From the NCBI GenBank assembly GCA_038997165.1, contig JAWBAK010000001.1, positions 192,001 through 256,000 on the forward strand: a stretch of DNA of 64,000 nucleotides, given 5' to 3'. The position numbers and the translations under genes were made by a program. Positions 49,900 to 59,597 of this stretch are shown piece by piece. The DNA is from Candidatus Aenigmatarchaeota archaeon (lineage in GTDB: Archaea; Aenigmatarchaeota; Aenigmatarchaeia; CG10238-14; SpSt-28). The notes beneath the pieces are model-generated. The model was given only the letters and a program-made list of their open reading frames with translations. It made no database searches and was not told the DNA's origin. The first letter of the stretch is position 1. Each line of letters starts with the position of its first letter.

Positions 49900-52239
49900 T
49901 TAGTTAAAACTAACCTTATATATTTTAACTTCTGGATTATCAAACACTAACTCAAATTTTTCTAAACCAATTCCATTAAGAAAGTACATTTTTGTAAACA
50001 TTGAATTCATTATTTTTTCATCAGCTAAAAATATATATCTAAAACTAGGATCAATAATAACCATTGCATTAACATCTGTTTTTCTTCCAAATTCTTCTTG
50101 ATTAATTATTATTGGTTTATTATCTTGGTAATAGACTAGATATTTTATTCTTTCTTTATTCATAAAATATGGTACTAATACAGTTTGATTGTTTATATTT
50201 TCTGTTTTTATACTTATATCTATTTCTATTATTCTTTCACCAACATTTGTTCTTGTAGAGTAAACTAATATACCCTTATTTATATCTGATTTCTGCGTAT
50301 TTAAAATAAAAATAGAATACATATTACCTTCACCTTTCTTATTTATATAAAAAAAGTTTTCAATTCCTTTTTGTGTATAGCATATTGAATTTTCTGGATA
50401 GTATTTTCTCAAACAAGAGGAAAAATAATATGGCCAATAATATTTAAATATTAAATCTTGGCTTGCAATAAAATAAATTTTATTAATTGTAATATTACAG
50501 ATACTTTCATTAAATAAATTTGGAAACCTTTCTTTTACTTTTTTACAATCTTCTTCAGAAATTCTAGTATATTTTTTTAATAATTCATATGCTTCTGTTT
50601 CATTAGAAGTTGTTAGGATTCTTCCCATATCTTGAATTCTTATATCGTGATTATAAGGAATGCACGAATCCCAACCACAATGGGCACCATCTGCATGAAC
50701 TTTAACATTTGCATATCCAGCAATTATATGACCAGGATCCCACCAGGTTGCAACTAATGTATATTCGTCTGAGTTATTTTTAATAAAATCAAGTGCAGCC
50801 CTCCAATTTTCATTTATTTCCATTCCTTTCATGGCGTTTGCGATTTTAAATGAATTATCTAAATAATAAAATATAAAAATAGCTAGAAAAGAAAAGAAAA
50901 ATAAATTAAATATTTTTAAAACTTTTTGTGATTTTTGAAGATTTTCGATTATTATAAAATGTAAAGTAAATATAGAATAGGGTGCAACAATAGCTAAAGA
51001 TGTTGCAAACAATAAAGAAAATCTAATTCCTTGAGAAATTAAATATAGAGAATATATAAACCAAGCAATTAAAAGAATTTCTTTCCAATTTAGAATTTTT
51101 TTAAAGAAAAAATTATAGACAAATGTCGGAAAAATTAAAAAGGATAAAAGAAATGGTATTAAACCTACTCTAGATGCCGCCTCTTTAATTCCTTCTATGC
51201 TAAACGTATTTAAAGGTTGTAGTTCTGCAACAGAAATATTTACTAATAAGGCGTATTTTAAACCACCTTTTATTGCTAAATAAATTTGCCATAACATAGT
51301 TGTTATTGGACGTGGTAAAGATGTATTAAAAATTCTCTCTATCAAAAATGTTAACAATTCAGTGAAAAATATTAACGCACCAATTACAATAGAAACACCT
51401 AAAATTTTTATTAAATAATTTTTAGAATTTGTTTTTTTTACTTTTCTTTCCTCATTTATATAGACATCAAAAACAACCGATAAAAGTATAAAACCTATAT
51501 ATAAAATTAAAAATAAACCAATTATAAAAATAAAGTAATATGCAGAATTCCAGTTCCATGCAAATAAAATGTAAGAAATCGAAGCAAAAATAAAATAAGG
51601 TGCTAGTTTTCTTATGGCAAGTAATGTACTTGGAATACTTATATTTATAAATTCAATTGTATTTAAACTCTTTTCTATTAATAAAATAGTTGAAAGTAAA
51701 ACTAAATAAGTATAAAAAACGTATACAACATCGCTATCTACATATCCTGCCATCGAGACAATTAAAAAAGCTGGACTAAATGTTATTAAAAACGCAGCGA
51801 GTAGTCCAGCTAAGTTATTTTTAGAAATAATTTTAGCTAAAAAAAATGCTGGAATTGCTGTTAAAGCTGAGAAAATTGCAATAAAATATACAGAATACTT
51901 TTCTAGAGAAATTTGTATAAAATTTCTTATTAATAGGTAAGTTAAGGCAATTGTATAACTGTATCCATCGTAATATATTGGTCTTCCTGGGGGAAAATAA
52001 CTTTTTTCATCCCAAGTAGATAGTACAAACTTTTTTTCTCTATCCCATCTTTCTACTATATCTTTTGCATGCCTAAAAAACCACCAAGGATCATAATCTA
52101 ATGGAATATCTACATATGCAGTTTTCAATCTTACAAAAAAAGCAAAATAGATAATTAAAATTAATAACAAAGGAATAACCAAATAGTTAATTTTTTTAAC
52201 TATATTTTCTTTGATTTTTTCTATATTTATCAGATTCAT
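49900..52239 (-). CDS. aglB: Oligosaccharyltransferase AglB/STT3
   Basis: DYDPWW, GYVDSD, SVAELQP and WWDPG. Confidence 0.95.
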   Translation of the reverse strand: MNLINIEKIKENIVKKINYLVIPLLLILIIYFAFFVRLKTAYVDIPLDYDPWWFFRHAKDIVERWDREKKFVLSTWDEKSYFPPGRPIYYDGYSYTIALTYLLIRNFIQISLEKYSVYFIAIFSALTAIPAFFLAKIISKNNLAGLLAAFLITFSPAFLIVSMAGYVDSDVVYVFYTYLVLLSTILLIEKSLNTIEFINISIPSTLLAIRKLAPYFIFASISYILFAWNWNSAYYFIFIIGLFLILYIGFILLSVVFDVYINEERKVKKTNSKNYLIKILGVSIVIGALIFFTELLTFLIERIFNTSLPRPITTMLWQIYLAIKGGLKYALLVNISVAELQPLNTFSIEGIKEAASRVGLIPFLLSFLIFPTFVYNFFFKKILNWKEILLIAWFIYSLYLISQGIRFSLLFATSLAIVAPYSIFTLHFIIIENLQKSQKVLKIFNLFFFSFLAIFIFYYLDNSFKIANAMKGMEINENWRAALDFIKNNSDEYTLVATWWDPGHIIAGYANVKVHADGAHCGWDSCIPYNHDIRIQDMGRILTTSNETEAYELLKKYTRISEEDCKKVKERFPNLFNESICNITINKIYFIASQDLIFKYYWPYYFSSCLRKYYPENSICYTQKGIENFFYINKKGEGNMYSIFILNTQKSDINKGILVYSTRTNVGERIIEIDISIKTENINNQTVLVPYFMNKERIKYLVYYQDNKPIIINQEEFGRKTDVNAMVIIDPSFRYIFLADEKIMNSMFTKMYFLNGIGLEKFELVFDNPEVKIYKVSFN

Positions 52240-52250
52240 TAAATAAATAT

Positions 52251-53951
52251 ATGGAAATAGAAATTAAAATCGATGAAAGATTTATAAAAAACATATATAA
52301 TATTTTTATAATTCTCTTCTTCTTTATTTTTTCTTTTCTAATTTTTTATAATAATTTAATTGTTGTTTGGAGATATCCAGTTGTTTTTGGAGACGAAGGT
52401 TATCATATGAGAATTTCTAAAGAGTTTGCATATAGAAAGGAATATTTACATTATTTAGATTTTATACAACCAAATCCTTCAGCATACGGATATATATCTA
52501 TTTTTCATTTTTTAAAAGCTTTTGGTTTTTTAATTTCGGAATCTTTTGCAAAATTTTTATTACCACTTACTATTTTTGTAACATCTTTTTCTATTTTTGT
52601 AATTTTCTGGAAAATATTTGATGAAAAAATCGCTTTATTATCTTCTATATTATTTCAAGCATTTCAATCAACAGTAATATATTCGGTAACTTTCTATGTA
52701 GATAGCTTATTTGTATTATTTACTTTTCTATCCTTTTCTTTTCTTTATTTGTTCTTAAAAGAAAATAAAAAAGAATATTATTTCTTGTCTTCAATATTTT
52801 TAGGTTTATCTTTTATCGTAAAACCAACTTTACCTTTTGCTATATCTTTTGGAATAATTTTTCTGGTTTTTTATTGTTGTTTTTTGAGGAAAATTAATTT
52901 TAAAGAACTTTTGATATTTTTTCTTTTTCCAATATTTACTATCTTATCATTAATAGTTTTTAATATATTAGCTTATAATAAAATTTGTGTTGGTTTTTGG
53001 ATAATTACAGAAATTTTAAATAAATATTTGAGTGGGAGTTGTGAAATTAAAAATATAGAATATAAAGATATATATAGCTTTGCTGGTAGAACAGAACAAG
53101 TAGGTAGCGAAGTAGATGTTTTTTCTTTTGGATTGAAAGAATATATTGATTTTGCGTATGGTCATTCATCTTTTATTATTTTTTCATCGATAATTGGAAT
53201 TTTTATTCTATTTTATTATAATAAATATGAACTATTATTTCCATTAATTCCATTAATTCTTTTAACTGTGATGTGGCTAATAATTATATATCCATTTAAG
53301 AATGATTTAGGAGTTCTTTATAGAGCAGAGGATACAGCAAGATATCTATATTTTCTTAATCCTTTTATTGCATTATATTCCTCTTTATTTTTATATTCTT
53401 TCAAAGAAATTTTAGATTTGATAAAAAACGCAAGAAATTCTTCGATAGTAAAAATAGCGTTTCTACTAATTTTTTTTATATCACTTTTTATAATAACTTA
53501 CTACTTTTTTATCTCATATTCCTTTAAGCTTGAAATAATGAAAAGAGTAAAAACTTTTTCGGAATATTTTTTTGAAGCTTGCAATTATATAAAAGAAAGA
53601 ACAGAAAGAAATACAACTATAATGAGTTTATGGGGATATAGAGTTTTATATGCTTGCGAAAGAAATATAGGAGGAACAGCCGATTTAAGATTGAGTAATA
53701 ATTCAACATTCATAAATGAGTTGGCAAAAAAATTTGGTATAGATTATTTTTTTGTTGAAAAATTTAGTATAGACCCGTTAAACAGAAATTTATCTGAAAT
53801 GTATAATTTAGAGTGGGTAAAATTGCTATTAAATTCGAAGGACTATTTTGAGATTTTCTATGAAAATGGGGTTCCAATAGATGATTGCATTAATAATTAT
53901 TTATTAAGAGGAATGCCATGTGATGGCGTAATAATTTTTAAGATAAAATAA
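52251..53951 (+). CDS. GT-C (ArnT/PMT-like) glycosyltransferase
   Basis: GDEGYH in the first loop, YVD, K at a TM end and ARY; multi-TM with a soluble C-domain. Confidence 0.8.
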   Translation: MEIEIKIDERFIKNIYNIFIILFFFIFSFLIFYNNLIVVWRYPVVFGDEGYHMRISKEFAYRKEYLHYLDFIQPNPSAYGYISIFHFLKAFGFLISESFAKFLLPLTIFVTSFSIFVIFWKIFDEKIALLSSILFQAFQSTVIYSVTFYVDSLFVLFTFLSFSFLYLFLKENKKEYYFLSSIFLGLSFIVKPTLPFAISFGIIFLVFYCCFLRKINFKELLIFFLFPIFTILSLIVFNILAYNKICVGFWIITEILNKYLSGSCEIKNIEYKDIYSFAGRTEQVGSEVDVFSFGLKEYIDFAYGHSSFIIFSSIIGIFILFYYNKYELLFPLIPLILLTVMWLIIIYPFKNDLGVLYRAEDTARYLYFLNPFIALYSSLFLYSFKEILDLIKNARNSSIVKIAFLLIFFISLFIITYYFFISYSFKLEIMKRVKTFSEYFFEACNYIKERTERNTTIMSLWGYRVLYACERNIGGTADLRLSNNSTFINELAKKFGIDYFFVEKFSIDPLNRNLSEMYNLEWVKLLLNSKDYFEIFYENGVPIDDCINNYLLRGMPCDGVIIFKIK

Positions 53952-53970
53952 TTTAATTTAAATTATAGAT

Positions 53971-54074
53971 AGCCCCGTCGTCTAGTGGCCAAGGATGCCG
54001 GGCTTTGGTCAAACCAAAGCTTTGAAAATAATGAAAGAAACCCGGAGACCCCGGTTCGAATCCGGGCGGGGCTA
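53971..54074 (+). tRNA. tRNA-Gln(TTG) with 31-nt intron at 37/38 (54009..54039)
   Basis: Acceptor stem AGCCCCG/CGGGGCT; CCGGG-CTTTGG[intron]A-CCCGG; BHB helix CTTT/AAAG with 3-nt bulges. Confidence 0.93.
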
Positions 54075-54722
54075 TTATTTTTTAAATATAACATAATAAT
54101 TGAATTTATCTTCAAGAATTTCAAAGTTCTGAATATTTAGTATTCTTAAATCTGATATTAATTCTTTTTTCGAATAAGTATGATAAAATCTTTTTAATTT
54201 TCTTCTTTTATAATTCCAAGTTAAGAAAATATCTCCAAAGTTATGTAGCTTAAGAAAATCTATAAACAAGCGAAAAAATGTTAAGGATGAATATCTTTTT
54301 AGTACAGAGAATAAGCACAAATCTTTAGAAACCCTTAAAATTTCTTTTATTGCTTTTATTCTTTCAATTCTTTTCTTAATATGATGAATTGTTGCAATAC
54401 TAAAAACAAAATCAAATGAATTTTTTTTAAAAGGTAAATATCTTGCATCTGCTAATATAAAATAAATTTTAATATTTCTTTTGTTTGCATATTCTTTTGC
54501 GTGTTTTATCATGTTTTTCGAAAAATCAATTCCAACCAAAAAATTATCTTTAAATTCGATTAGTTGGGTTGCTGTTCCACAACCAACTTCGAGTATTTTT
54601 TTGTTTTTTAAATTCTTTAATTTTTTTAATATTTTTAATATTTTAAATTTTTGTCTAATATTTATCCAACTATCTGCGACTTTTTCATAAAAATATTTTA
54701 CGTACTTTTTTTCTATATCCAT
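54075..54722 (-). CDS. Trm9/ALKBH8-like tRNA wobble-uridine methyltransferase
   Basis: LEVGCGT, SIATIHHI...R..AIKEILR and DIFLTW...RFYHTY...EL. Confidence 0.75.
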   Translation of the reverse strand: MDIEKKYVKYFYEKVADSWINIRQKFKILKILKKLKNLKNKKILEVGCGTATQLIEFKDNFLVGIDFSKNMIKHAKEYANKRNIKIYFILADARYLPFKKNSFDFVFSIATIHHIKKRIERIKAIKEILRVSKDLCLFSVLKRYSSLTFFRLFIDFLKLHNFGDIFLTWNYKRRKLKRFYHTYSKKELISDLRILNIQNFEILEDKFNYYVIFKK

Positions 54723-54819
54723 AATGAAAATTTTTGTTAATTATCTATATTTTTTACAATTATTGTTTATTACCAACGAATAGTAAAAAATATATAAGGA
54801 CATGTTCATATTATAAATT

Positions 54820-54999
54820 ATGGAAAGAGAAAGAAATTTAAATTTAATTCAAACTCAAAATATTAAAAAAATGTATCTTAAGGAAATTGAAAAAGCGAAA
54901 AAAGCTTTATTAACAGCAAAAAGCCCTAGAGAAATTAGGGCATTACAAGCTAGAATAAAATATTTGGAAAATTTATTAAGGAAAACTTCTGAAGAGTAA
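54820..54999 (+). CDS. 59-aa helical-hairpin hypothetical protein (not in ORF track)
   Basis: MERERNLNL...KEIEKAKKALLTAKSPREIRALQARIKYLENLLRKTSEE; fills the gap before elp3. Confidence 0.7.
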   Translation: MERERNLNLIQTQNIKKMYLKEIEKAKKALLTAKSPREIRALQARIKYLENLLRKTSEE

Positions 55000-55017
55000 T
55001 TTTTATTTAATAGATTT

Positions 55018-56592
55018 ATGGAAAAAGCTTTAAAAATAGATGTACCTATAGAATATTTAAAAGAATTATCGAATGCTAAAAATAAGAGCGAATTCGAAAA
55101 ATTAAAAATTCTTTTAGCAAAAAAATACGGAATACCTGTTTTAAAGACAATGGAATTAATAAAACTTATAAAAGAAAAAATAGGTATAGATATTACAGAA
55201 AATATAAAAAGTAAAACTATTAGAGCAAGTAGTGGAGTATTAATAATAACTCTGGCAACAAAGCCTGGAAATTGTGGAGGAAATTGTATATACTGTCCAA
55301 CTTTTTCAAATGTTCCGAAAAGTTACACACCTAATGAACCAGCGATTCAAAGAGCAAAAAGATTTGAATATGATCCATATTTACAAGTAAAGAATAGATT
55401 AATGCATTACGAATTAATGGGTTTATTAAAGGAAAACTCAAAAATAGAAGTAATAATTCTTGGAACTTTTTTAGCTTTGGATGAAGAATATAAAAAATGG
55501 TTCATAAAAAGAATTTTTGATGCTTTAAACGAAGAAGATAGCGATTCTTTAGAAGAGGCACAAACGAAAAATGAAAAAGCTAAATATAGATGTGTTGCAC
55601 TAACAATTGAAACAAGACCAGATTTATGCTTTGAAAAGCATGTTGATGAAATGCTTTCTTATGGAGTTACAAGAGTAGAAATAGGAGTTCAGAGTGTTTA
55701 TAATGATGTTTTAGAGTTTGTGAGAAGAAATCATACAATTGAAGATGTCATCAAGGCAACAAAAATTGCAAGAAACGCTGCGTTAAAAATTACTTATCAT
55801 ATAATGCTAAATCTTCCAAAAAGTGATATAGATAGAGATTTAGAAATGTTTAGAATCCTATTCGAGGATGAAAATTTTAGACCAGATTATTTGAAGATAT
55901 ATCCCTTACAATTATTTAAAACCACTGAGCTTTGGAAGTTATATGAAAGAAAAGAATTTAAGTTATATGAGTTTGAGGAATTAGTAAATTTGTTGGCAAA
56001 ATCTTTTAAATTTATTCCAAAATATGTTAGAATTCAAAGATTAGGAAGAGATTTGCCAAAAAATGATATAGATGCAGGATATACTTTTACTAATTTAAGA
56101 GAGTATGTAGAGAAAAAAGCTAAAGAAATGGGAATAGAATGTAAGTGTATAAGATGTAGGGAAGTTGGAATAAGAATTAAAAAAGGGATTAAACCGCATT
56201 TGGAAAGTATACATTTGGAAAGAATAGATTATATAGCTAATAATGGTAATGAAATATTTCTTTCTTTTGAGGATAAATTCGAAACTATATATGCATATTT
56301 GAGATTAAGAATACCAGATACATCTCATAGAAAAGAAATAGATTCTAAATCTGCATTAATAAGAGAGTTAAAAGTTCTTGGATTTCATCTACCAATAAAT
56401 TCTTTACCATTAGAATTTAATTTTCAACATAGGGGTTTTGGAAAAAAATTAATGAAAATTGCAGAAGAAATAGCATTAAACGAATTTGATAAAAAGAAAA
56501 TGGTTGTGATAAGTGCTATAGGAACAAGAGAATATTATAAAAAACTAGGTTATAAATTAGAGGGACCATATATGGTTAAAATGTTAAACTAA
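55018..56592 (+). CDS. elp3: tRNA uridine(34) acetyltransferase Elp3
   Basis: CGGNCIYCP, PKSY, ETRPD, EIGVQS and KIYP; KAT domain QHRGFGK and SAIGTREYY. Confidence 0.96.
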   Translation: MEKALKIDVPIEYLKELSNAKNKSEFEKLKILLAKKYGIPVLKTMELIKLIKEKIGIDITENIKSKTIRASSGVLIITLATKPGNCGGNCIYCPTFSNVPKSYTPNEPAIQRAKRFEYDPYLQVKNRLMHYELMGLLKENSKIEVIILGTFLALDEEYKKWFIKRIFDALNEEDSDSLEEAQTKNEKAKYRCVALTIETRPDLCFEKHVDEMLSYGVTRVEIGVQSVYNDVLEFVRRNHTIEDVIKATKIARNAALKITYHIMLNLPKSDIDRDLEMFRILFEDENFRPDYLKIYPLQLFKTTELWKLYERKEFKLYEFEELVNLLAKSFKFIPKYVRIQRLGRDLPKNDIDAGYTFTNLREYVEKKAKEMGIECKCIRCREVGIRIKKGIKPHLESIHLERIDYIANNGNEIFLSFEDKFETIYAYLRLRIPDTSHRKEIDSKSALIRELKVLGFHLPINSLPLEFNFQHRGFGKKLMKIAEEIALNEFDKKKMVVISAIGTREYYKKLGYKLEGPYMVKMLN

Positions 56593-56632
56593 TTCAATAA
56601 TTCAATATTAAATAATTAAAGTGAATTATTTA

Positions 56633-57226
56633 ATGGGAAAGTACATTGGAATAGAAGGAATTGATGGTGCCGGAAAAACCACTATTTCTAATATTTTAGC
56701 TAAAGAATTAAAAAATTCAATAGTAATTAAAGAACCATCAGATAATGAAATAGGGGAATTTATAAGAAATTCCTTAGAAAATAAAAAGGAGTTTATGAAA
56801 AGTTATTTAATTTCTTCCTTACTTTTTTTTGCTGATAGAATACAACTAAAAGAAAAAATAAAAAAATTAAGAGAAGAATATGATTATATAATTTCTGATA
56901 GATGTTTTTTGTCTACATATGCATATCAGAACGCTTTAATAAAAAATGAGGAAGAGAAAAAAACTTTTAATAAAATATTTAATATTTTACTTCGATTTGT
57001 TGAAATACCCGATGCTATAATTATTTTGGATGTAGATGTTGAAGTTGCATTAGAGCGATTGAAAGAAAAGAAAAAAAGTATTTATGAAGAAAAAGACTTT
57101 TTAAAAAAAGTTTTAGATAATTATAGAAATTTTGAATTAGATTTAAAAAATGTTTACTTAGTTGATGCTAATAGAAGCATTGAAGAAGTAAAAAAAGATG
57201 TAATCAAAATTATACAATTACTTTAG
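56633..57226 (+). CDS. tmk: Thymidylate kinase
   Basis: IEGIDGAGKTT, KEP, LFFADR and SDR..LSTYAYQ. Confidence 0.95.
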   Translation: MGKYIGIEGIDGAGKTTISNILAKELKNSIVIKEPSDNEIGEFIRNSLENKKEFMKSYLISSLLFFADRIQLKEKIKKLREEYDYIISDRCFLSTYAYQNALIKNEEEKKTFNKIFNILLRFVEIPDAIIILDVDVEVALERLKEKKKSIYEEKDFLKKVLDNYRNFELDLKNVYLVDANRSIEEVKKDVIKIIQLL

Positions 57227-58304
57227 CTTCTACATTTAGCAATTCTTTTAAACAAGTTTCAAAAAATCTAATGTTTACTCCTTTATTACCTATAATTATT
57301 GGTCTTTGTTCTTTTGTTGCATATATATACAAGTAAGGACCTTTTAATTCAATATCTTTTAATTCTTTTGCTAGCTTTCCACTTGGATGAAAAACTCTAA
57401 AATATTCCCTTAAATCTAATGTAATTTCTAAAACTCTTAAATTTAAGTTTAATTTACTTTGTAAGCTTTGAATTGTTTGACCTTGTTTACCAACTAATTT
57501 TCCGGCTTGATTCTCTTTAACAATAATAACAACATCTGGAACAGTTTTAGATTTTATTCCAACTTCTTCTTTTATTTTTCTTAAATCTAGAACATTTATT
57601 ATATCTATATTTTCTACTTCTTCCATTATTAAGTTTGCTATTTCTTTTTCCTCTTTACTCATTTCTCTTTTTCTTAATCTAGTTTCTAATAGTAACTTTA
57701 ATCCCAATTTTGCACCTTCTCTAATAACATCTTTTAATCCCAATTCTATAATATAAGAATTTGATTGGTTCGATAAAACTTCTTTAAGAATTTTTATTGT
57801 TTGATAATATTCTGCTTGTAATAAAGGATCGCCAGCAATTATTAATCTAGAATTGCTTCCTACTCTCATTAAAATTTCAATAATTCTTTCTGGTTTAACT
57901 AATTGAACATCATCAACAAAAATTATTGAATCATCGAAGCTTCTTCCAGATAAAGAAGAAAAATCAGATATTATAATTCTTTTTTGATTAATAAATTCTT
58001 CTATTTCTTTCCAATCTTCTTTTAAAGAATCTACAATATCTTTTAAATATTGCTTGATATTTTCAAAGTATAAATTACCTAACTCAGCAATTGTAAACTC
58101 TTTTTTAGTAGAAGGATCAATTAATGGTTTAATTAATATTAATTTTTTATTTTTAGATTGCCTTAGAGTTTTTATAACATAATCTATAACAAAAAAGGTT
58201 TTTCCTGTTCCTGTTGGTCCAAAAATCGCTAAATAAGTTATTCTTTCATTATTTAATGCATTATATAATTCTTTCTGGTTTTCAGTTAAGGGTTTTGCTG
58301 GCAT
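57210..58304 (-). CDS. PhoH-like ATPase with C-terminal KH domains
   Basis: GPTGTGKT, GRSFDD, DDVQ and IAGDPLLQ; KH loops LVGKQG and IIGNKG. Probable start MPAKP. Confidence 0.85.
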   Translation of the reverse strand: MPAKPLTENQKELYNALNNERITYLAIFGPTGTGKTFFVIDYVIKTLRQSKNKKLILIKPLIDPSTKKEFTIAELGNLYFENIKQYLKDIVDSLKEDWKEIEEFINQKRIIISDFSSLSGRSFDDSIIFVDDVQLVKPERIIEILMRVGSNSRLIIAGDPLLQAEYYQTIKILKEVLSNQSNSYIIELGLKDVIREGAKLGLKLLLETRLRKREMSKEEKEIANLIMEEVENIDIINVLDLRKIKEEVGIKSKTVPDVVIIVKENQAGKLVGKQGQTIQSLQSKLNLNLRVLEITLDLREYFRVFHPSGKLAKELKDIELKGPYLYIYATKEQRPIIIGNKGVNIRFFETCLKELLNVEAKVIV

Positions 58305-58331
58305 AATACATAACATTTCTAATTTAAATTT

Positions 58332-59519
58332 ATGAAGATAGAGATTAATCAAATTGAAAAATTTTTAAATTTTATTTGTAGTGGATATGAGAAAGAAATT
58401 TTTTGGGAGATAAGAATTTTTCAAAAAGATAAAATATATTCTCAAAAATTTTTTAAAAGAAAAGAAGAAATAATTTCATATTTAAAGAGGGAAATAGAAA
58501 ATTTAAAGGATAAAGATTGTTATATAGGATTGTTACCTAGAACAAAAGAAATTGGAACTAAAGATTCAATAAAGTTTGGAAATACATTTGTAATAGATTT
58601 AGATAGTGAAAAAGCAATTTTTGATTATGAAATTATAAAAAATAGTTTATTTAGTCTTAATTTTCCAGCTAGTTTAATAGTTAATTCTGGTAATGGTTTA
58701 CATATTTATTATAAAATAAATAAAATTGTTGAAATCGAAAAGTGGAGTATTTTTCAAAATGCATTAATTAACTTCTTTTTAGAAAAATTTGAAAACTATA
58801 ATGTAGATAGAGTTGTTAAAGACGAAGCAAGAATAATAAGAATAGCTGGAACGATTAATAATAAAAAAGAACCAAAAGAAACAAAAATTTTAAGTGAAGG
58901 TAATATTTATGATTTTGAGTATTTTAGCGATTTTTTAAAAAACTTTTTAAAACTAGAAAATATTAAACAAGAAAGTAAAAAAATTGGAGGAAAAGTTGGA
59001 AGGTTTGAGGTAATGGCACTATTACAAGCAGCAAGATATTATTTACTTAAAGGAGATTTAGATAAAGCAAAATCTTTTGGATTAAATAGAGCAATTTTTT
59101 ATGCTTGGGCTAAGTATTATGGGTCACAATATAAATTTAGAAGTAAAAGGCAATTGTTTAAAAATTTAATTTTTGAAAGTAAAGAAGAAAGTGGAGAAAA
59201 GTATGAAGAATGGGAAATTGTAGGAAATGAAAAAGCACCTATAGATAGAAGAACAAAATTCTTTATTATTGGTAATAAAGTACAATTACCAAAAGATTTT
59301 GATATTAATATTGCTAGAAAATTTGAGAGAATTGATAGTTTTGAAAAAATTTGGAATTTTACTATTGAATATTTAAAGAAGTTTGATAGAAATATATTAG
59401 AAGATCAACAAAATTTTTTCGAAAAAATTTATAAACCAATTAGAGATAATTTTGATAGTTTTTATAAAAATGAAATTAAAAAAGATAGAAAAAATATATT
59501 AGAATATTTTAAAAATTAA
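58332..59519 (+). CDS. RepB-primase-like AEP domain fused to an uncharacterised helical domain
   Basis: VIDLD, NSGNGLHIYY and D..RIIRIAGTINNK; C-terminal domain GRFEVMALLQAAR...SFGLNRAIFYAWAK. Confidence 0.75.
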   Translation: MKIEINQIEKFLNFICSGYEKEIFWEIRIFQKDKIYSQKFFKRKEEIISYLKREIENLKDKDCYIGLLPRTKEIGTKDSIKFGNTFVIDLDSEKAIFDYEIIKNSLFSLNFPASLIVNSGNGLHIYYKINKIVEIEKWSIFQNALINFFLEKFENYNVDRVVKDEARIIRIAGTINNKKEPKETKILSEGNIYDFEYFSDFLKNFLKLENIKQESKKIGGKVGRFEVMALLQAARYYLLKGDLDKAKSFGLNRAIFYAWAKYYGSQYKFRSKRQLFKNLIFESKEESGEKYEEWEIVGNEKAPIDRRTKFFIIGNKVQLPKDFDINIARKFERIDSFEKIWNFTIEYLKKFDRNILEDQQNFFEKIYKPIRDNFDSFYKNEIKKDRKNILEYFKN

Positions 59520-59559
59520 ATTAATTTCAAAATATATTTTTTAAAAAATATATAGTATT

Positions 59560-59590
59560 ATTGCAAATCTGATTAGTGATGATTTGCAAT
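59560..59590 (+). promoter_or_regulatory. K-loop (L7Ae-binding) hairpin upstream of TRAM gene
   Basis: ATTGCAAAT-CTGA-TTA-GTGATGA-TTTGCAAT: box D and box C closed by a perfect stem, ending 7 nt before the ATG. Confidence 0.75.
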
Positions 59591-59597
59591 CTGTAAT

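Noticed and set aside
59532..59553. 22-bp perfect palindrome ATATATTTTTTAAAAAATATAT
   Set aside because: It is A/T-only, low-complexity and single-copy, so it is plausible by chance in this genome. It may simply be the TRAM promoter.
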